DNA from: Catajapyx aquilonaris
Taxonomy: Eukaryota
Direction of reading: 5' to 3'
Length of the DNA: 64,000 bases
Assembly (NCBI GenBank): GCA_000934665.2
Contig: KZ538321.1
Coordinates: forward strand, 1-64,000
This document shows positions 1-29,307 of this stretch, in pieces. Numbering within the stretch: the first letter of the stretch is position 1; every line of letters starts with the position of its first letter. The notes beneath the pieces are model-generated. The model ran no database searches. It saw nothing but the letters and a program-made list of their open reading frames with translations, and had not been told where the DNA came from. Both the position numbers and the translations under genes were made by a program.

Positions 1-896
1 GTAGCCCTCCCCTTCGTACCTGTAAAGTTCAGCCTTAGTCCGGTAGGGTCGCCACATGATAGCCTTGGGAAATGTCTCGTAGCGATCTCAAGTGGCCACC
101 CGGTGAGTAATCCTTCGGCAGGGGGTGGGTGGGGAGTGACCTAACCTGAGTCTTCAATAACCATGGATTAGGGAGAGGTTTTGTCAGCCTGCCATTAACA
201 ATACGAGTGCCATAATGAAATTTGTGTGGATTCTGCAACAATTTGTGCAAATCTTGGCTCAGATGCTTTCAAAAGCTGAAAATGGGTTCAATTTACATGT
301 TTAAAAAAATAAACATCGGGTATTAAAAACTCGTACCAGTTGAAAGTAACTGCCCAATGCTGCCCACTTCTATATAGTGGGCCAAAGAAAAAAATGGTCC
401 TGGAAAATCAACCCCTTATGTGTCCAAGGACAGGCTTGGGGCATACATTTCTGGCACAAGGCAATTTGTGCCCATCTATTGTGATTGTTGTTCAGGGGAC
501 ATTTTACATAGTAAAAATCTTAGACTCTAAAATCATGCTTAGGTCTGATTGTGTAAAAACGAATTAAGGAATATCTTTGCATATCTATAGCTTATCACAA
601 TACGTAACCCAAAGTACCTTATGTACTCAAATCGAAGACAGACTTTTTGTCTTTAAAGAATACAGGATGAAATAGGGGGTGTCTTAGAATAGTGTACAAA
701 GCATTCGCCATTGACCTGACAAAAGGGGTGAATTCAGCATTTTCATGATTATACAGGAGAGCCAAAAGAAACCTGCAAACCGCTATGCAAAAACATAGGA
801 TGGGGTTTTGATTTTCCATTCCAATTCTTACGACACTTGTCCCATGTGTTAGCTGTTTTGTCAGAATGGACCAAACACTTGATGGTGCTATGCTGG

Positions 897-1625
897 CAGG
901 GTTCATATTCGAAAATAGAAACATGTGCAGCAAGGGTAGAAGGGCCTATCAAGTCAGGGCATATTGAGACATTTTCGCCCTTTATGATGATCTGTACAGG
1001 TGCGTAGGCTGAAGAATTTCGGAGGGGGGACCATTTCGTAAACACAAGGTGAACAAGCCGTAATGGACGGGGAAAGATCCCGCCGCAGGCGCAATTTTTG
1101 GGGGGTTCAAGGTCACACGAGCTTAGGTGAATGTGGGAGATTAAATTTTTTTTATTTCTTATTTTTTAATTTTTTAAAATTTGTGGGTAATGCTTTCACC
1201 CCTTCCGGGGTATATAGCATGGACCTTTCTTGTATTTTTGAGTTGTTCAGTACATGGTGCCTGTTACTGAAAGCCCGGGCCCACAGGCAGGGTGACAGGA
1301 GGGGATGTGCAAGGTGCAGTGCAATGTCGTAGCTAATGTCATTTTGTGAATTTTGTGTGGATTAGTCTAAGGAAATTCCACCTGAGATGAAGCCAGAGAT
1401 GGCCCAACTCTGCACGAGGTGAAGGGGGGAATCCCGGGCTGGGATTGAACCCGGGACCTTAACATCCGTGGGCGCATATGTTACCGCAGTGCAACTCCGT
1501 CTCCCCCTAATGGTAGCCCTTTTTCCAAAAAATCATGAATTAGTAATTTATCATGCTATTTCAAACTGTCCTGTATGTTGTCGCGGTCTGGATCCGGACC
1601 GCGATCCGCCAGTTGAATAGCCCTG
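897..1625 (-). mobile_element. Non-autonomous DNA transposon (hAT-like terminus CAGGGCTATTCAACTGGCGG), interrupted by a SINE
   Basis: 897-1140 and 1510-1625 are reverse-complement matches to 26079-26475. The left boundary is approximate. Confidence 0.65.
1145..1506 (-). mobile_element. tRNA-derived SINE, family B (older copy)
   Basis: Colinear with 19905-20250 (gcccgggcccac..gtgcaaggtgcagtgcaatgtc..ggaccttaacatccgtgggcgcata); B-box-like GGTTCAATCCC on the minus strand. Confidence 0.75.
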
Positions 1626-1692
1626 CAATATACAGTATGGGTACCCTATTAGGAAAATGTGCCTTTTCGATAGCCTTTACGTGAATTTAGAT

Positions 1693-1933
1693 CAGTGGTT
1701 CACAACCTGTGGGTTGCAACCCCCATGGGGGTCCCGAAGCTTTTTCCGGGGGGTCGCGTGGTGGCCACCGTAATTTTTACTTGCAATTTTATAGGAAATT
1801 TCACCATGAAGGTTTTTAAAATGTTTTAATATGTCTGCACTACATTAATCTTCTACTAATACTTGGGGGGTGTCACAGGTTACTTGACTATCATAAAAGG
1901 GGGTCGCAACCCGAAAAAGGTTGGGAACCACTG
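1693..1933. mobile_element. hAT-type MITE
   Basis: TIRs CAGTGGTTC(A/C)CAACCT...AGGTTGGGAACCACTG; perfect 8-bp TSD ATTTAGAT (1685-1692, 1934-1941). Confidence 0.9.
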
Positions 1934-2028
1934 ATTTAGATTTTCAGGCAAATGTCAAGTTCGGAAAGGATAATGTAACTTATGTGAAAACCTTGCCTTA
2001 TACCGACATGCCAGTATAGCCACCAGAT

Positions 2029-2338
2029 ACCGAAGCAGTAGTGGTGGAGTGGATATGGTGTCCGACTGCTAATCGGGAGGTCCTGGGTTCGAATCCCGGA
2101 GGCCGGCGACCCTGACCATGGTTTTCTGTGGTTTCTCATGGTCCTCGCAGGATAATTCTGGGGTCGTTACCATAATCATAGGCCACAGCGGCTTCCTTCC
2201 TTCCCTATCCCTGCTTCATTCCGATGAAAAAGTAGTACAAATGGAAAGAGTTCCAGACAAAAAATTGGGAGAAATCCCCCCCCCCCCAGAAAAGCCCGGT
2301 TGGCTGATAATGGGGTATCAAATTATTATTATTATTAT
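2029..2338 (+). mobile_element. tRNA-derived SINE, family A
   Basis: A-box-like GTGGTGGAGTGG, anticodon-like arm ccgaCTGCTAAtcgg, B box GGTTCGAATCC, (ATT)n tail, 14-bp TSD TATAGCCACCAGAT. Confidence 0.9.
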
Positions 2339-2807
2339 TATAGCCACCAGATTATGCATTTATAAAAACGGGTCAACCTCGACTACACCAGCATGCCGCT
2401 TTATGAGAGGTAATACGGTAATGGTTTTTGCTCTGGAAAACTGCTACATAAGCAGCAATTAGAATTTACACTATAGAATGCACTGTGTGCTTTTCTTGTT
2501 GAACTATCCTGTGTTTGTGCTCTAGTTTCATGATACCCTTTGAAAACCCTAAGAATGACTATTTTACGCTGATGATTTTTATAGAATGTCACTAATGTCC
2601 ACCAAAATTGTAGCTCTAACAGTTAGATACACTTTGAGGAAGGGACTACAGTATATTCTCCCATGTTCCGGATTCCCTGTTCCCCCATACCTTTGACATT
2701 GCTGGTGCTCTGGGAATGGGGCTATAAGTGATATTTTCTAGAGAAAGTAAGTGCTTTAACAAGTGGAAGTTTTCAGAAAATCAACTACAGCATGTGAAAT
2801 ATTTCAG

Positions 2808-2971
2808 GATCAATACCGTTACTAATGGTCAAGTGCGAGGAGATGCATATACTACAGGATGCCTTGGATCCACTGGTGCACGTATATGGCTCTTCATAGG
2901 ATTCTTGCTTGGATTTGGCTCACTCATTGCTGGCTGCTGGATCCTTTTTGCTGCCTATGTTATGGTTCCAG
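2808..2971 (+). CDS. TMEM50: TMEM50 family (UPF0220) transmembrane protein, penultimate coding exon
   Basis: tttcag|G acceptor and CCAG|gtatag donor. Translates (M)[54 protein letters not shown], which matches the recalled TMEM50A motif [27 protein letters not shown]. Upstream exons were not found in the window. Confidence 0.92.
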
Positions 2972-3136
2972 GTATAGTGGGTAATGATGCTGTGGAGACT
3001 AAATTATACTCCTTCTCCTACATAAAGTTATCATCTGGACCATAAGAGTTAACCTCAAGAAGTTTAACTATATTATTACAGAATACTGTACCCTGTATTA
3101 AAGATGGAGACTGGTCTTAGGCACTGACAATAGGTA

Positions 3137-3298
3137 CAGTGCTGGCCACATGTCGAGGCAACCGCCAGCGACATTTTTCCGAAGCGGCAGAAGAAGGAAT
3201 CGAAGATAAGCATGCTACAAGCCGGGCGAGCAAGATTCCTTCTTCTGCCGCTTCAGGAAAATGTCGCTGGCGGTTGCCTCGATATATGGCCAGCACTG
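3137..3298. mobile_element. 162-bp hairpin MITE, TA-flanked (Tc1/mariner type), in the TMEM50 intron
   Basis: TA|CAGTGCTGG...CCAGCACTG|TA with long inverted arms; same family as 10446-10607. Confidence 0.85.
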
Positions 3299-3793
3299 TA
3301 CAGGTAAAAACTGATGTTGGTGCATCACTAATATCCTTATGCCATTTTACATTCAGGTCACTGTGGTGGTTCCCAAATTAGTCGTGGGCATATTTTCTAA
3401 GGTTCTCCAGACGTCTCAGGGAAATAATTATTGTAACAAACGATAGAAAAATCATCTGGGTATTTAATAAATTTAAGGTTGTGATCAAATAAGTTCATCA
3501 TCCATGGGTGTACTGCACCTAGCTGGATTAGATCTCATATCTCTTGAAGCTGATGTAGTTAACAGACTTAGGGCTAGTTTTATGAGCATCAGTTAGGGTT
3601 AATGTGGAGTTAGTCTACATGTAAACAACAGCTATAAACTCCATAGTTAACATTAACTCATGTTTATACAATTGCCTCTTACCTGAAGCTGACACCACAG
3701 CTAAGGAGGGAGAAATAGGTTATGTGGTGTATGGTATTCTGACAATTTAATTTTTGATTGATCTCTATGATTGATTGATGTCTATATCACTGA

Positions 3794-3913
<120 letters not shown>

Positions 3914-3978
3914 TGATCTTGTCCTCTATTTGTACATACTTTTCCATTTCATATACTGGCTGTATTTATTCCTCCTAA

Positions 3979-3984
3979 AATAAA
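3979..3984 (+). promoter_or_regulatory. Candidate polyadenylation signal (AATAAA) of TMEM50
   Basis: AATAAA about 65 nt after the TMEM50 stop codon. Confidence 0.45.
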
Positions 3985-4135
3985 GCTAACCCTGACAATT
4001 AAAAGGATGTATTCAATACAAAAATCTAGTTATTGCTTCAGGGCAATTGATATGAACATTACTGTACACCCAATCTGACAGGTCGTGTAACCTGCAACAT
4101 GCAGATAAACATGTGTAATATGTATAAGGAATATA

Positions 4136-4420
4136 ACCGAAGCAGTTTGGAGTAGGGGATACGGTGTCCGACTGCTAATCGGGAGGTCCTGGGATCAAAT
4201 CCCGGGGCCGGCAACTCTGACCGTGGTTTTCTGTGGTTTCCCACGGTCCTTCCAGGAAAATTCCGGAGTTGTTTCCGTAATTAACAGGCCACAGCCGCTT
4301 CCTTCCGTCCCTATCCCATCCCAAAAAGTGCAGTAAAATGAAAGCAGAGAGTTCCAGGCAAAAGAAAACTTCCCCCCTAAAGAGCCGAAAAAGGCTGATA
4401 ACGGGGTATGAATTATTATT
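4136..4420 (+). mobile_element. tRNA-derived SINE, family A, between the TMEM50 and POMT2 3' ends
   Basis: Homologous to 2029-2338; (ATT)n tail; TSD ATATGTA(T/A)AAGGAATAT (4118-4134, 4421-4437). Confidence 0.9.
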
Positions 4421-4519
4421 ATATGTAAAAGGAATATTTTATTCACAGATTGCACCATCTCCCATTTGGCTTAATATCAAATACTACAAAAATAGCTGAG
4501 TATCACAATTATCATAGTT

Positions 4520-22152
<17,633 letters not shown>

Positions 22153-22439
22153 CACAAGTCTTCAACTCTGCTGCACACACAAGCCCAGTTAGAACTAAGT
22201 TATCACATTACTGGCTGCAAGAAAACTGATTAGGCTGAGAAGTCACATGTTCCACATAATGTTTCTGTACTGAACAAGTTAACATGCAATACATTTTAAA
22301 CTGTGCCTTAAACTACGGCAATTCCAAGTTTCCAGTATATGCCAGGTCTACTATACACCAGTCACTAGTATAATTCATGAGAATAGTGTAGCTAGCATGT
22401 GACAGTCTGACTAAAACCAGTACAAGTTTTGGATTATTT

Positions 22440-22800
22440 ACTTGATATTTACGTAATGACGCTGAAAACGACAAGCGTGTTCCCGTCGGTATCTCAGTTC
22501 TTCGCCATGCACGCGTCTACTGGAGATATACCGCAAGTGAAAGGCGGCAGAAATGATGACAACAGGCAGTTCATAACGGGACTCGCAACTGGGAGGTATG
22601 CACTATGCAATCAGCATGACCACATCTAGTCTCTAGTAGGTAGAGAAGTCCGCCATCTTGGAAGAGGCAAGATCTGGTCAAAACTTTCAAAAAGATGGCT
22701 GCGCCCATTTGGTGTTTGAGATGTCGCGGAGATGTCGTGGAGATGTCGTGGAGATGTCGCATCCTGTGGTCCCTTGACTCGGGCCCCTTGACAGGTCCAG
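22440..22800 (-). promoter_or_regulatory. Probable POMT2 promoter / non-coding first exon region
   Basis: CpG-richer block upstream of the CDS with YY1/Pho-like GCCATCTT motifs in both orientations (about 22651 and 22693). Confidence 0.35.
22718..22760. repeat. 11-bp tandem repeat GAGATGTCG(C/T)G x4
   Basis: gagatgtcgcg gagatgtcgtg gagatgtcgtg gagatgtcgc read directly. Confidence 0.85.
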
Positions 22801-23166
22801 CCTAGCCCTGTGTTGAAGGTTGTTTACATGGTCTTATGGGCACCGCGATGTTCAAATCAAAGGCAGTCCCTGGCACGGTCTCTAGGTACTGTACTGTACA
22901 GTACGGGCTAGGTGACTCACATTGGCCACATGTAGTTGTTCGTTGAAGCCAGGCCCATTCGCTGAGATAACGGACTCATATTGACATTTTGTTAAACAGA
23001 TTGACTTGCAATTGAATAGGCCTACTAATTGGGATTAGCTTCATCATCTTTGTAAACACCGGTACTCCACCACATCATTGAATTAAATTACTGAAAGTGT
23101 GTCGGACAATATTATTTTCAAACGAACCCGTTACCCAACTCCCAGAATTATTGGTAACAATATGTT

Positions 23167-23310
23167 CGCCCGAAGCTTTTTATTTTGTGAGCGTTTTCGC
23201 CCCAACCGAGGTGTCCAACCATTCCTATTATAGCGACCACGCCTTAGAAAAAATTGGATACCTCGGTTTGGGAGCAAAAAGCTATACACAAAATTAAAAG
23301 CTTCGGGTAA
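23167..23310. repeat. Imperfect inverted repeat (MITE-like)
   Basis: cccgaagctttt...ccaaccgaggtgtccaa / ttggatacctcggtttgg...aaaagcttcggg. Confidence 0.55.
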
Positions 23311-26078
23311 AATTTCGGATAAGTAAAAGGGGCCTGTATTTTGTCGCGATATGCTCTTTTAAACCCGATTATAATGGAAACAGGGCGTGGACATTATCAC
23401 TGATGATACCTTGATGATACTCATAACTTCATAAGCAAATACGAATCTGCCTGGCGAGCAGCTGGCGAGAGAATGTACAGTATTGTGTGTACGGTAGTAC
23501 ACTAGTATTGTGTCGCTGGTGACACCTACCGCGCCTCGAGGGAACTAGCAAGTTTAGGCGGAACCTGCCCGGAGATGATCTTGGTGCCTTTCGAATCTAC
23601 TGATTTTTTTGCCCCGAGCGGACGCCGCGCCGCCCCAGGTTCCGCGGATCGGGGGGGGNNNNNGGGGGGAGGACTTGGAAAGGCATACATGTAATATACA
23701 CTGACACGATAAGAAACTGTTGGGTTTGCCCGTATTTTTAAACCGGTACAATCGAACATCTTCCCATCCCCCTCCCTGCTTTGATTTTTCAAATAACTTT
23801 AATCTGACTTTAATCACCAATCACTTACTCATAATTTTACAGTAAGCAGAAATATGGATTAGAAATCAATACATTTCTATAATTGTCGAAGTTTAGGCCT
23901 GATTTATTTCTTTCGAATATGATGCAGGCCAACTAGTTGCATAAACCATAATTATCAAGTTTTGCTCAATTTACACATCAGTGTTTTGAAAGAGGTTGTA
24001 GTCATGAAAAGAGCTACTCGGTGCCCGGAACGCCGACTTAATTTTATTAATTTTCACCTGACTTTAATATTAACCACTATTTTGCATTTTATTTGGAACT
24101 TACAATTGCATATTGGCAGCCGTGGGCAGTTCATGGTGACGTATTATTTTGTAACGTTTCGTTTGGTTCTTTCCCTGTAGTTATATTAAATTCCGATATC
24201 TATAGTTATAACCACTGGGTGTAACCATGGGTGGAACTATGTTGCTATACGTCATGTACGACGAGGGTTTCGTTTGATTCACCCTAATATTATGTTGACC
24301 ATGTCTATAATGGTTGCATTGACCTGTTTACGTCCAGTTGTTCAGTGTAACAACTACCTTAACGAAAATAGCTATTGTCTGATGCGACGAGATGTAATAG
24401 GTTTTACAACAATAGTTTTCTTGTGACGCACACGCTACTAATCCCAGCGATTCAGTAGCCTAGTCAACAGAATATAAAATGTGATTGCTTCATACGTGTT
24501 TGTCCTCATCTTTGTCATGTGGTACCGTTTTAGAGCAGTGTTTAAACGCTATACGATATATTTGGTACTGCTCCCTAACCCCAGCAGTGTCTCTCTTTCT
24601 CCTAGCAACTGCTCTCTTATATTATACACCCTGTGGTGCCCGTTGGTGCTGTTACAAAGACAGCTGAAAAGCCAGTTTCGCGCCTGTTTGCCCTGGCATT
24701 CATCTGCGATTTGAGGCGTGACGTCGGCTATTGAAGAAGCAGTCCACCACGGACATATATATGGAAGGAACGAATGAAGGAGGAAACGGCGGCAGGCAAG
24801 CAAGCAGGAAGAAGGAGGCAAACCGGAACCAGGATCCTTCCTTATATAAGGAAAAGGAGGAACACTCCTCCATCATGGTCCCCTTTTGCATTGACCAGCA
24901 TTCATCCATTGCCTACACCTGCGCTACCTCCCTCCTTTTCATTTCCACCTTTGCCCTTGTATATCTCCGTGCGTTACGTGTAGGGCTATATCATCAGTCT
25001 TTTTGCGTAAAGTTTCGGTGTATAGGCTACAAAATGTTGGCCTTGCGTAAAACATGACAATATTGTGGAACGTCACTGATTTTTTTTTTCATTCTACATT
25101 TAAGCACATCATGAGTTATACACATTATACTGTGCATAGCTATAATAAACGATTGTGCCACTATGTAATTATATCCTGTGGACCTATTCTATGACACATA
25201 TTACAACCATGCTGTAAGTGCCTTTGAAAATTTCCCCTCCCTTTCCCCCTAAGTGTAGGCGTAAGTGCTAGAAAGGTCACTTCCGGTTTGAGTGAAAAGA
25301 TCGGGTGGTCAGATCACCTGCGACGTTGTGGGCACACAGGAAGAAAAACAGGTCATCCATCTATCCATCGTTGCGTGCACCACCTGAAAAAATCCAACCT
25401 TGGGACCAATTTGTCAAGCGACCTTTGAAGCGAAGGCGTGAGGGAGTGAGTGAGGAGAGAGAGGGAAGGAAGGAGGAAAGAAGGGGAGGAGAGGGAAAGA
25501 AGGAAGGCGGCTACTCAGGCCATCTCTCTGACAGTAGTTTCCACCAGACCCGTTTGGGTTGCTCTGCTGGGTCTTATTGTTAAGAGCAGGTTTCCTTCAG
25601 AGAGGCGGGCTCCTCTGCTCTTCTTTTCATTCTCATGACTGATGGCGACTTTACAGCCACACCGCAGTTCTTACAACACGTGTACAATGTCGATGTCTCG
25701 GGGGGAGGGCACTTTTGGACACCAATACCCCCAACGACCCCCGCGTTATTATGCCATTTACCAACATTCGCTAGACCTTGGCTCTCTAACAAAATCCTCC
25801 GGAAGTGCTTTATGCGGGATGTGGCTTCTCAAAAATTATGGTTCGTTGAACATATATATACCCTGATAGGCCCAGTTAAATTTGTGTTAATCGACCTGCC
25901 TGAGATAAGCCTAATTCATTTGGCATAATTTGACGTCCTAATCAAGAAATGTCATAGTTGTTAAAACATATTTTAATCATTACAGTTTCCAAATTAATTT
26001 TTTTGTTCTGATATAAAATTCCATGTTCAGATCAAGAACAACTGAATTCATAACGTTTTAGGACCTAGAGTCCTAGAC

Positions 26079-26475
26079 CAGGGATATTCAACTGGCGGAC
26101 CGCGGTCCGGATCCGGACCGTGACAATATACAGGACAGTTTGAAATACAGTTGAAATAGCATTAGAAATTACTAATTGATGATTTTTTTTTGGAAAAAGT
26201 GCTACCAATTTCATCAAATACACACCTATTCAAATCTCCCACATCTCACCTAAGCTCGTGTGACCTTGAACCCCCAAAAAATTTCGCCTGCGGCGGGCTC
26301 GTTCCCGCACCTTTGCGGCTGGTTCACCTTGTGCTTACGAAATGCCCCCCCCCCCTCCTAAATTCTTCTGCCTACAGGGCATCATAAAGTGCGAAAATCT
26401 CTTATTAATATGCCATGTCTTGATAGGCCCTTCTACTCTTGCTGCACATGTTTATATTTTCGAATATTAACCCTG
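26079..26475 (+). mobile_element. Non-autonomous DNA transposon, same family as 897-1625
   Basis: Starts CAGGGATATTCAACTGGCGGACCGCGGTCCGGATCCGGACC; colinear with the reverse complement of 897-1625 minus the SINE. Confidence 0.65.
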
Positions 26476-26513
26476 TGGTACCATATAAAATATATATATC
26501 CCCCCCCCGGGGG

Positions 26514-26621
26514 NNNNNNNNNNNNNNNNNNNNNNNNNNNNNNNNNNNNNNNNNNNNNNNNNNNNNNNNNNNNNNNNNNNNNNNNNNNNNNNNNNNNNNN
26601 NNNNNNNNNNNNNNNNNNNNN
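26514..26621. other. Assembly gap (Ns) flanked by C/G homopolymers
   Basis: Run of n. Smaller Ns also occur in G runs near 7574 and 23659-23663. Confidence 0.99.
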
Positions 26622-26937
26622 GGGGGGGGGGGGAGGAACAAGCATTTTAGATACTTTCGAGATAATTATTTAAAATAAACCTGGAATTCTGGAATGACTT
26701 TTAAGACTTCGTTAACTATAATTTTTCAACTCATCAGTATCTACCATAGTATGTCCTCTGTGTGTATTTGCTCATGAGCATAATTATATCAAAATTCAGA
26801 TAATCACGATCGGAGAAATATAAACACGTACGTAGCAGAAAATATTATACGATAGCGTGAGAGCATAATTATGCTCCCCAAAAGTCGAATGCAAAGGTTC
26901 AAATGCAGAAAGGAATAAAAGCTTTTGGACGCTAAGC

Positions 26938-27153
26938 TTGGAACAGGAGTCATGATGGCGAGTATTATTTTTCAAACACCTGAATCTGTGTAAATAACAG
27001 ATAAATATTCATTGTATGTTGTCGCATATCGCATTCTGACTCATATAATTTGCCCTTCCTGAATGGGGATAAAAGGCATGAGTTGACTTACATCGTAGGA
27101 CTATCTGGTCCTCATAATGATTTGTTGTGCCAGCAGTACCGAAGTGTAATGCA
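26938..27153 (+). repeat. Dispersed repeat, copy 1 (copy 2 at 32088-32319)
   Basis: ttggaacaggagtcatgatggcg...gcccttcctgaatggggataaaaggcatgagttg...gcagcagtacc present in both copies. Confidence 0.85.
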
Positions 27154-28984
27154 GGGTATGAAAATTTTTCATTAAAATGACGTTGGCTGCATATTATACA
27201 CTCTCTCATCCTTTCAGGCCGGCTATTTTTATAAAGCACATTTATATCTTTCACATAGTTACGAAAAAAGCTAAATGCCTATAAGCTTAGAACGGCAGTT
27301 TGTGTAACTCCTAACGCAACCGATCTGTTACGAATTGCTAGTGACTGAAATGTGAGTGAGGAAGTGTAAGCACGTGTCGAGGACTCGCAGCACTTCCTGC
27401 GACAACGTCGCTAGGTCTGGCTGAGGATGCGACGTGTCCGTCATTCGGTTTCGCTTTGCTGGCAACGGAAGGAAAACCAACTGGGCTTTCATTCATTCAT
27501 TCTTTCCAAACCAGGATACTGAATGATGCTACGGAAAATATCATTCACCCACTGGACTTGAAAGTATTCTTTGTTTCCAGTGCCCCTCCAGCCAAGTGTG
27601 TACTGTACAGTATAGGCCCTGTGTAATAAAGCAACAAAAAATCAATTATTAAGCTTAAACTGAAAGAGCTGTAGAATTTAGCTCATATATTCCTATGTAA
27701 AAATGTCAATATCCACTCGTTCCTATCGCCTTAATTCAAGTAGGCCTACATATTGTTTATTAACACTTGAAAATGAAAACAATGATAAATGTTGCTAATT
27801 TCAAAAGGGTTGATGACTGTACAGCAGCTACACTGGCAGCATCAATAGTTTGTTCTGCATTAGGGCAAGGCCCGCATGAAGGCTTATATAGGGTGTATAG
27901 ATATAAGCTGCAGGACGTAGGCTTTCTGGTGCTGCTGCCTCCTGGGTCGGTGTCGCTGTGCTTATTACTTGGCGCCGAGGCAATGATGGGCTCCCCCGTG
28001 GCTCCGGGCCAATATTGGCTCGTCGCCCTAATGGGATAAAAGCCGTGCTTCCTGCCCTCACTCAGACCCCTCCCTCCCTCCTTCCCTCTCTCCCTCCCAA
28101 AATCTCCTCCCCAGCACAATCCAATCAGAGGCACGAGCCTCCTCCACAAAAACCTCCATCTGCATCTCGTTTACATCACACTGCACTCTCAACGAGCTTC
28201 GGATGGATTCTCACAGCTTCATTTCCTCCGCCATTTTCTCACTCGGAGGACCCATATATATGGGTACTATAACCTAGAACCGTTAAGGTATACGATACTC
28301 GGCTCCTACATGAAAGAACCAGGACCAGCGAAAGGAGCGATTATCGAGCTTCAGCTCCTTTGTTCAGTAGCCCATGCAGTGTACAGTATGTACCTGTAAT
28401 AGATTTGAAAAGCAGGTGATAATAATTTAATAAAAGAAATAATTATTGTGGATGGATGGCCAATACTGCATAATTATAATAAGTTAACATAATCTCCTGC
28501 TTTTTCTCTTCACACTTCGGGTAGTGAGATAAAAAGGAGTGGTGAAATGATGTGCACAACATATTGCAGCATACCCTCAGGGTTTAAGAACTTGACCTCC
28601 AAAGTGAAAATCATGAGCAAAGGGTGCAGTATACGTGGATCTTGCACTTGAGCACCAAGCAGTGATCTAAGATATTGCACTCTTCTTCACTGAACCTCCA
28701 CACCTTTTTCTCATAAACTTTCTGAGTCACAGCACGCTTGTAAGTATATAGGCATATTCTCATATACAGTGTGTTGAGTTATATGTTTGCCACAATTATT
28801 ACATTCCTGAATTTATACATACTGTCAAGAGGAGTTCGACCTTGACAGTCTCGGAAAGGTTTATTCTCACTGCTCCTTTCTTGAGGCTCACCAGTGCAGC
28901 AAACCTCATTGGTGTTTTACACCAAGCAAGACAATATTACAGATCAGACACCATACAGTATACTAACTTGGTACCGTACACCAG

Positions 28985-29307
28985 AGTGTATACGAATAGA
29001 TCTGCCAATGTGATACGGGTGGTAGGGGATGCATATGGAAGCAGCATGGCATGCGGTTCCGAAAGGCCGGCGACGATCTGTTTTGGAGATGTCGACCTTC
29101 GACGTGGAGGATGTCCATCCTGACAAGTGTGGATACCCCCATACATGCCTGCATTGCTGGTTGCCAGAGTCAGGCGCTGGACATCCTCCACGTCAAAGGT
29201 CGACATCTCCAAAACGGATCGTCGCCGGCCTTTCGGACCCACGGATGCTTCTTTCTGATGCATCCCCTACCACCCATATCATATTGGCAGATTTATTCGT
29301 ATGCACA
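28985..29307. mobile_element. Foldback/hairpin MITE-like element
   Basis: Arms of about 130 bp (tacgaatagatctgccaat...ggagatgtcgaccttcgacgtggaggatgtcca and its reverse complement); explains the mirror ORFs at 28937-29325. Confidence 0.8.

Noticed and set aside
2029..2105. Functional tRNA-Ser(GCT) gene
   Set aside because: No proper acceptor stem or long variable arm. It continues into a SINE body with tail and TSD and is repeated at 4136 and 16359.
22718..22760. CRISPR-like repeat array
   Set aside because: Head-to-tail 11-bp minisatellite with no spacers, in eukaryotic DNA.
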